Under the pieces are notes generated by a model, which saw only the letters and a program-made list of their open reading frames with translations, made no database searches and was not told the DNA's origin. A stretch of DNA of 64,000 nt from a bacterium. GTDB taxonomy: Bacteria; UBA8248. This document shows, piece after piece, positions 57,816-64,000 of this stretch. Numbering within the stretch: the first letter of the stretch is position 1; the number at the start of each line of letters is the position of its first letter. Made by a program: the position numbers and the translations under genes. The stretch spans positions 160,001-224,000 of the forward strand of contig OZ242260.1 in the NCBI GenBank assembly GCA_965207065.1. The letters run 5' to 3'.

Positions 57816-60407
57816 ATGCCGCGGGTCGTGACCGTCATCCGTACGGGGGGAACCGTTCTGAAAGACGCCGTCACCAGCCCAGCCGAGAGCGCTTCGCCGC
57901 CGCCGCGGGCGACGATTGCCGTGATCGGCGCCGGTATCGTCGGAAACTGCCTGGTGGGACACCTGGCGGATCTGGGGTGGGAGGACCTGCTGCTGATCGA
58001 AAAAGGGCCGCTGCCCGACCCCGGCGGTTCGACCGGCCACGCGTCGAACTTCATCTTCCCCACCGACCACAACCGCGAAATCACGATGCTGACGCTGGAG
58101 AGCCAGCGCCAGTATGCCGCGCTCGGCGTCAACACCACGTGCGGCGGCATCGAAGTGGCGCGCACGGACGCCCGCATGGAAGAGCTGCGCCGGCGGATGA
58201 CCTCGGCCCTGTGCTGGGGCATCGAGGCCGAGCTGCTCAATCCCGCCGAAGTGGTCGCCAGGGTGCCGTTCGTGAACGGTGACGTGATCCTGGGCGGCTT
58301 CTACACGCCGAGCGTCTCGGTGGTCGACCCGGTCCGGGCGGGCGCCATCATGCGCGAGGGGGCGCAGGCCAGGGGCGTGCTGACCGTACTGGAGGGCACC
58401 GAGGTCACCGGGCTCGAGGTATCGCGCCCGCCGTTCGGCCGTCCGCGGGTCCGGGCCGTGGCGACGACGCGCGGCGTGATCGAGGTGGAACAGGTGGTGA
58501 TCACGTGCGGCGTCTGGAGCCCGAGGGTCGCCGCGCTCGCCGGAGCGACCATCCCGCTCACCCCGGCGGTGCACCAGATGGCCGACATGGGATCGATCGA
58601 CCTGCTGCGAAGGACGGGAAACGAGATCGACTATCCGATCGTCCGCGACATGGACACCTTCATGTACGAGCGGCAGAGTCACGGGGCGATGGAGATCGGC
58701 TCGTACGCCCACCGCCCCATCCTGGTGCATCCCGATGACATTCCTTCCAATGCGGAGGCGGAGCGGACGCCCACCGAGCTGCCCTTCACCGGCGATGACT
58801 TCGCGCCGCAGCTCGAGCATGCCCGGGCGATCATGGGCGAATTGCTCGCCGGTTCCGAAATGCAGTATTCGGTGAACGGACTGCTGTCCCTGACCCCGGA
58901 TGCGATGCAGGTGCTGGGCGAGACCGCCGAGGTGGAGAAGCTCTGGTCGGCGGCCGCCGTCTGGATCAAGGAGGGCCCCGGCACCGCGCGCCTGATCGCC
59001 GAGTGGATCACCCACGGCTATCCGCGCCTTTGCGATCCGCACGGCTCGGACATCACGCGGTTCTACCCGCACGAGCGAACCGAGCGGCACATTCATCAGC
59101 GATGCCGCGAACACTTCAACAAGACGTACGGAATCGTGCATCCGCGTGAGCAGTGGGCGTCCGATCGCGGCATGCACCGGGCGCCGTTCCACGATCGCAC
59201 CGTGGACCTGGGCGCCGAATTCTTCGAAGCGCACGGCTGGGAGCGGCCCCAGTGGTACGCGTCGAACGAGGACCTGGTCGCCCGCTACGGCGTTCCGGAT
59301 CGTCCGCACGAATGGGATCGCCGCTGGTGGTCGCCGATCATCAACGCGGAGCATCTCCACATGCGGGAGAAAGTCGGAATCGTGGATTTGAGCGCCTTCC
59401 AGATCTTCGACGCCTCAGGCCCCGGCGTCGTGCCCTACCTGGAGCGGTTGACGGTCAACCCCTGCGACCGTCCGGTGGGCTCCTCGATCTACACCCCGCT
59501 GCTGACGCCGGACGGCGGTATCCGCGCCGATCTCACCATCCAGAGGCTGGCGGACGACCGGTTCCGCATCGTGACCGGCGTCTTCGACGGCGCGCGCGAC
59601 GAGGTCTGGTTCCGCCGCCATCTGCCCAATGACGGCTCGGTTCAGTTCGAGAACCAATCGTCGGCGTTCTGCACGATCGGGGTATGGGGGCCGGATGCCC
59701 GCGCGTTGCTCTCAGAGATTGCGGACGCCCCGCTGACGCAGGAAGCGTTTCCGTACGGGACGGTGCAGGAGGTGATTATCGACGGCGTTCCGGCGACGAT
59801 GCTGCGCATTTCCTACGTGGGCGAGAGCGGATGGGAGATCTACACGCGCACCTCGCACGGCGCGCGCCTGTGGGACGCGATCCGGGAGGCGGGCCGCGCC
59901 TTCGACGCCCGACCCGTCGGCATCGGCGTCTACGGCACAACGGGACGCCTGGAAAAGGGATACGCGCTCATGGGCGCCGATCTCACCTCCGAATACTCGC
60001 CGGTGGAGGCCGGTCTGGCTCGGCCCCGCGTGAAGGCGGCGGAATTCATCGGGAAGCAGGCCTACCTCCAGGCGCGCGACGAAGGTCCGGCGGCGAAGCT
60101 GTGTACGCTGACGGTTGATAGTCACGCCGGCGAATCCGGTGCGGAACGGTTCCCCGCCGGCGGCAGCGAACCGATCCTGACCCTTGAGGGCGAGCGCCTC
60201 GTCGACGCCCGCGGACGGGAGTCCTTCGTCACCTCGGCCGGCGCGGGACCCTCCCTCGGCCAATACCTCCTGCTGGCCTATCTGCCGATCGATCAGGCAG
60301 CGGCCGGCAACAGGTTACAGGTGCAATACATGAACGAGCGCTTCCCCGTGACCGTGGCCTCGCCCTCTGAGATGTTCGACCCCGAGGGCGCCCGCATGAA
60401 AGCATAG
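57816..60407 (+). CDS. Dimethylglycine/sarcosine dehydrogenase-like FAD oxidoreductase with GcvT domain
   Basis: IGAGIVG, GSTGHA, GWERP.W, RISYVGE.GWE, RLEKGY; start uncertain. Confidence 0.92.
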   Translation: MPRVVTVIRTGGTVLKDAVTSPAESASPPPRATIAVIGAGIVGNCLVGHLADLGWEDLLLIEKGPLPDPGGSTGHASNFIFPTDHNREITMLTLESQRQYAALGVNTTCGGIEVARTDARMEELRRRMTSALCWGIEAELLNPAEVVARVPFVNGDVILGGFYTPSVSVVDPVRAGAIMREGAQARGVLTVLEGTEVTGLEVSRPPFGRPRVRAVATTRGVIEVEQVVITCGVWSPRVAALAGATIPLTPAVHQMADMGSIDLLRRTGNEIDYPIVRDMDTFMYERQSHGAMEIGSYAHRPILVHPDDIPSNAEAERTPTELPFTGDDFAPQLEHARAIMGELLAGSEMQYSVNGLLSLTPDAMQVLGETAEVEKLWSAAAVWIKEGPGTARLIAEWITHGYPRLCDPHGSDITRFYPHERTERHIHQRCREHFNKTYGIVHPREQWASDRGMHRAPFHDRTVDLGAEFFEAHGWERPQWYASNEDLVARYGVPDRPHEWDRRWWSPIINAEHLHMREKVGIVDLSAFQIFDASGPGVVPYLERLTVNPCDRPVGSSIYTPLLTPDGGIRADLTIQRLADDRFRIVTGVFDGARDEVWFRRHLPNDGSVQFENQSSAFCTIGVWGPDARALLSEIADAPLTQEAFPYGTVQEVIIDGVPATMLRISYVGESGWEIYTRTSHGARLWDAIREAGRAFDARPVGIGVYGTTGRLEKGYALMGADLTSEYSPVEAGLARPRVKAAEFIGKQAYLQARDEGPAAKLCTLTVDSHAGESGAERFPAGGSEPILTLEGERLVDARGRESFVTSAGAGPSLGQYLLLAYLPIDQAAAGNRLQVQYMNERFPVTVASPSEMFDPEGARMKA

Positions 60408-60471
60408 CAGCCCGAGGTACCGCACGGCCCGGCCACCGCAGGAAGCGTCCCGGAGGGTCGGCTCCGCGCGG

Positions 60472-60507
60472 GGATGAAATCGAGGTCGAGCGCTACGAGC
60501 CGCAACC
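60472..60507 (+). repeat. Copy of the higA 3' end
   Basis: 35/36 identical to 54801-54836. Confidence 0.85.
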
Positions 60508-60517
60508 CCCCTTGTCA

Positions 60518-60730
60518 GGGGTGTTGAAAAAGCCCGCAATGCCGGTATGACGGCAACGGGATACCGCCTTGCCGGAGGGAGTGTAGGGGTCGCATACATG
60601 CGACCCGCATGCCACGAACGGGAAGGGCCGCATAATATGTCGGACATATATGTCCGACCTACAACAGAAACGACATTAACGCCGGTATGACGGTGGTTTT
60701 CCCGCATTAAGGGTCTTTTTCAACAACCCC
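60518..60730. mobile_element. MITE-like element D containing a REP-like pair
   Basis: Ends GGGGTGTTGAAAAAGCCC / GGGTCTTTTTCAACAACCCC; GTAG palindromes at 60583 and 60639-60662. Confidence 0.7.
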
Positions 60731-60733
60731 TCA

Positions 60734-62074
60734 TCAGTCGCGTTTGACCCCCACCGCCTGCTCGAAAACCTTGATCGGATCGAAATCCTCAATCTCGACC
60801 TCGGGCAATGTAAGGCCCGCATACGCTCCCGCCGCGTGGAATTTCTCCAGCAACTCCTCATCGCTCAGCGGCCTCTCCGGCATCCCGCGGGCCGCGCCGC
60901 AGAACCCGGCGGCGGAGCGGCCATCCTTCAAGGTCAGCGTGAGGCGGATGCTTTCGGGGTATTTTTTGCGCATGGCGTCGGTGGAAAGGTCCGGGGCGCG
61001 CTTCACGCTCACCCGCGCCATGATGGCGGCCTTCTCGGGGCTGACGGCGCCGGGCGCCAGGTCCTCGAAGCGCACCCGGCCATGGAGCGCGGCGCAGGCC
61101 AGGGCGTAAGGCAGGCTGAACTGCATCTCCTGCGGCGTGGCCGGATTCTGGAAGACGAGACTCTCATACACGAGCTGCGGTACTTCGGCATGAACTCCTG
61201 CGACCTCATCCGCGCTCGCGCCGAGTTCCGCCATGAGCGCGTTCATCTGCTCGATGGCCGCGAGCGCCGCCGAGCAGACCGGACTGGTCTTGAACAGCAG
61301 GCCCGGGTCGCACAGGCGCCAGCGCCGGCCGATGGTCTCGAGTTCGGCTTCTACGGCTGCGCCCTGATTGAGCAGTTTCAAAAAACCCCGCTCGTCCTCG
61401 AACGCGTCTTCCGGTCCGGTAAGCCCGGCCCGGGCCGCCCGGGCGAACGTGACCGCCCGACGCGCGCTCTCGCCGACGAGGAGGGGCTTGGCGTCCGTGC
61501 CCAGCACGGCCTTCCCGCCGCCTGAGGCGGCCGCAGCCAGACCGATAGCGCTCGTCATCGCGTCCTCATCAAGCGCCAGCAGGCATCCCGCGGCGGCGGT
61601 CGCGCCCGTGAGCCCTAAGGTGACCGTGCTCCACCAGCCGCGAAAGTAGTGCTCGTGCGTGCAGAGGTCGGCGAGTGCGTACGCCACCTCGGAACCCGCG
61701 ACGAAGGCGCGGCGAAGCGAGTCGGCGCCGGATCCGAGTTCCTGCGCGAGGGCCATGGCGGCGGGCAGCACCACCGCCGAGCCGTGCATGATCCCCGTGT
61801 AGGACGTATCGTCGAAGTCCCAGACGTGCGCCGCCGTTCCGTTCACGAGCGCCGCGGATTCGGCATCCGCCCGCCCGCCGGTCGCCAGCGCCGCCCGCCC
61901 TTCCCCGCGCGTCACCTCGGCCAGGGCGCGGGCAGATGGATGGGCGCCCCCCGCGAGAATGACGCCCAGGGTGTCGAGCATGGCCCTGTTCGCAGCCGTC
62001 CTGACCTCGGAATCGACCCGCTCCAGACCGCAGGCGAACCCCGCGAATCGCCGGGCGATTGACGGTGTTTTCAT
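60734..62074 (-). CDS. MmgE/PrpD family protein
   Basis: AALVNG.AAH..DFDD..H, G.E, K...VG, FK..P.C, FSLPY. Confidence 0.92.
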   Translation of the reverse strand: MKTPSIARRFAGFACGLERVDSEVRTAANRAMLDTLGVILAGGAHPSARALAEVTRGEGRAALATGGRADAESAALVNGTAAHVWDFDDTSYTGIMHGSAVVLPAAMALAQELGSGADSLRRAFVAGSEVAYALADLCTHEHYFRGWWSTVTLGLTGATAAAGCLLALDEDAMTSAIGLAAAASGGGKAVLGTDAKPLLVGESARRAVTFARAARAGLTGPEDAFEDERGFLKLLNQGAAVEAELETIGRRWRLCDPGLLFKTSPVCSAALAAIEQMNALMAELGASADEVAGVHAEVPQLVYESLVFQNPATPQEMQFSLPYALACAALHGRVRFEDLAPGAVSPEKAAIMARVSVKRAPDLSTDAMRKKYPESIRLTLTLKDGRSAAGFCGAARGMPERPLSDEELLEKFHAAGAYAGLTLPEVEIEDFDPIKVFEQAVGVKRD

Positions 62075-62304
62075 GTGGCGATGCTGTTCCGGGGCGGGGG
62101 AAACGAGGCCGTAGCGGAAATTATCGCTGCGGGTCCGCGCAAGAATAAACCAAACGAGAAATTTCGGGAACCAAGAAATCACGAGCGGTATCAAATAACG
62201 CTCGCATGATCGCGGGCGTCCACCCGGGACACGCAGATACTTCCCTTAAGTGCGTTTCCCGACCGGTAGGGCCACCCCCGCTCACCCGCAATCCTTCCCT
62301 CTTC

Positions 62305-62512
62305 GGAGTTTTAAAAAAGCCCTGAGAGGGTAAAGGCAACTCCATTGAAAGGGAAACCCCGTATAGTCAACCCCCCCTACCCCCCCTTGTCAGGGGGGTA
62401 TAAGAAGGCGATGCATTCCCGCCGGGCAGAGGGGGCTTTGCTTTTTCTTGCCCCCCTGATAAGGGGGGGTAGGGGGGGTTACTCCCTTGACAAAGGCTGT
62501 TTCAACAAGCCC
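62305..62512. mobile_element. Degenerate MITE-like element E
   Basis: Ends GGAGTTTTAAAAAAGCCC / GGCTGTTTCAACAAGCCC; internal CCCCCCTTGTCAGGGGGG hairpins. Confidence 0.5.
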
Positions 62513-62515
62513 TTC

Positions 62516-62956
62516 TCAGTCGAGCCCTCTCCTCCCCTTCACCCGCAGCGCCGCGCGCCTCAGGCGGCGGAACCAGGGATAGAACGCGCGGGCGCGCTTT
62601 GGGTTCGAGGCGAACCACTTGGCGAGCCTGCCAAACCAGCCAGTCCCGCTCGTCATCGCTTCGAGCGCCGTCATCGCATCTGCGCCCTGATAACTGCGGC
62701 CATCCAGGACGAGCACCATCCCCTCATCGACCTCGCAGCCAGCCTCCCGCAACTCACTGATGAGTTCGGGCGCCCGGTTCGCGTCGATCAGCGTGAGAGG
62801 CCGCCCGTCCGGCGTCTCGAACCCCGATTTTCGCGCATAAAAGCTGCAAAACGGACACTCGCCGTCATAAAGTAAATATGCGTCCTGCGCGGATGCGCTT
62901 GCGGGTTCTTTGTGATCGGCCTCTTGCGAAGTCATCATCGCCTCCCCCGTTTCCAC
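62516..62956 (-). CDS. DCC1-like thiol-disulfide oxidoreductase (DUF393)
   Basis: LLYDGECPFC, YQGADA. Confidence 0.88.
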   Translation of the reverse strand: METGEAMMTSQEADHKEPASASAQDAYLLYDGECPFCSFYARKSGFETPDGRPLTLIDANRAPELISELREAGCEVDEGMVLVLDGRSYQGADAMTALEAMTSGTGWFGRLAKWFASNPKRARAFYPWFRRLRRAALRVKGRRGLD

Positions 62957-63047
62957 GTCCGCATTCTCCGCGCGGAAGGGCGCCGAAGCAAGCGAGTGCA
63001 GCTGTACAGCGGAGGATCATGAGTTGGAGGTAAATCGAGATTAAAAA

Positions 63048-63527
63048 CTAGATTGAGTGGCGCTTCTCAAAACCCTGAAAATGCGTGAAATTCACAGCCG
63101 TGTCCCGACCTTTCGACAAGGCCGCGCGATAGAGGTCGAGATCAACCGTAAGAAGCGGCGTCTCTACTGTGGCGACTTCAAGGAGCGCGGCATCAGTAAG
63201 CCCGAGCCGCCTGAACGCGTTATTTGCCGAGGCAATCTCGCTGACTACGTGTATTTCTTCACTTTCCTGAATAACGAATCGGAGCCTGTCCAAAAAGCGC
63301 GATCGCTCAGGTTCTCCGTGCTGGGCGAGCAAGTTGGACGTTTCGGTAAGCGTATTCGGTGTGACGAATACCTGCTCAACCCGGTCAAGCAGGTTCCGTA
63401 GACTTTCAAAATCTTCGGCAGTGAAATTTTGTAGACGGCGATGACTGCTGATCAGTTTCTCGCCCATGCTACCCACGATGAGCAAAACAAGAAGGTTCGT
63501 GTCGATGAAGAATCCAGACGGGGGCAT
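63048..63527 (-). CDS. PIN-domain protein
   Basis: IDTNLLVL, TP..LTE.SNL, GLTDA, LLT.D. Confidence 0.85.
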   Translation of the reverse strand: MPPSGFFIDTNLLVLLIVGSMGEKLISSHRRLQNFTAEDFESLRNLLDRVEQVFVTPNTLTETSNLLAQHGEPERSRFLDRLRFVIQESEEIHVVSEIASANNAFRRLGLTDAALLEVATVETPLLTVDLDLYRAALSKGRDTAVNFTHFQGFEKRHSI

Positions 63528-63531
63528 CTAT

Positions 63532-63813
63532 TTATGTTGAAGCGGGCAAGACACGATCTGTGATTGACAACACATGGCCGCTACGAGCATGAATGACCAC
63601 GACCTTATATGAGCGTGCCGGATATTGTTCACCAAGCGCAGTAGTCAGTTTATTTCGATGATCCCATGGCCGATGAAATCCGATAGTCACTTCCCACTGA
63701 TCGAGGTCCATATCCAACCGAACTTCCTCGAGTCCAATATCCGTAATCGTTTCATCACTGAATAAATCGATAATGTATTCTTTCGCCGTTTTCACGGCCT
63801 GCTTCACTTCCAT
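63532..63813 (-). CDS. Hypothetical protein, partner of the PIN gene
   Basis: RBS AAGGAG; GLEEV..W.VTIGF..RSYKVV.I. Confidence 0.75.
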   Translation of the reverse strand: MEVKQAVKTAKEYIIDLFSDETITDIGLEEVRLDMDLDQWEVTIGFHRPWDHRNKLTTALGEQYPARSYKVVVIHARSGHVLSITDRVLPAST

Positions 63814-63912
63814 TGGAGTCTCCTTTTCGTTATCGGGTCCTCCAAGAAAAGTCATATCACGACTCTAAAACAGGGACAAGGAAACCGCCCTGATCGGGAG
63901 ATACGCCCCCCC

Positions 63913-64000
63913 CTACCACCCCACTGCGTAGGACTCGCGCCTCGGGTCGGCGCCGCCGAGCAGGAAGCCCGTCTCGGGGTCTTTCACGATCGCGCAGACG
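63913..64000 (-). CDS. ggt: Gamma-glutamyltransferase C-terminus (partial)
   Basis: VCAIVKDPETGFLLGGADPRRESYAVGW*. Confidence 0.8.
   Translation of the reverse strand, partial: VCAIVKDPETGFLLGGADPRRESYAVGW

Overview
Bacterial chromosome segment with a GC-rich core and AT-rich inserts. From 1 to about 39 kb it looks like a mosaic genomic island anchored at tRNA-Ala(GGC) (39070-39145) by a tyrosine integrase and an excisionase-like gene; no second att copy is visible in the window. Island contents: (i) a co-oriented cluster of exported proteins with a LuxR-type regulator, an autotransporter, three DUF4384-like proteins, two intact caspase-family proteases, a decayed third caspase and an esterase; (ii) a VapE-like helicase whose putative iteron origin is split by an IS1595-family element carrying a frameshifted methyltransferase-HNH fusion; (iii) a decayed IS256; (iv) a 13-kb block flanked by ~180-bp direct repeats, holding pit, GPP34, znuA/zur/znuC/znuB and a five-gene operon in which a His-rich metal permease is fused to an HflK/SPFH domain next to HflC and HflK. 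The right part holds housekeeping genes (DUF362, TauE, crotonase, rmuC, chorismate mutase, GDSL autotransporter, phhB, GT4, GcvT-family pair, MmgE/PrpD, ggt end). It also has an AT-rich TauD + HEPN/Zn-ribbon cassette, TA modules bounded by duplicated gene ends, and a family of MITE-like elements with variable palindromic interiors. All family calls are by motif recognition; no database search was run.
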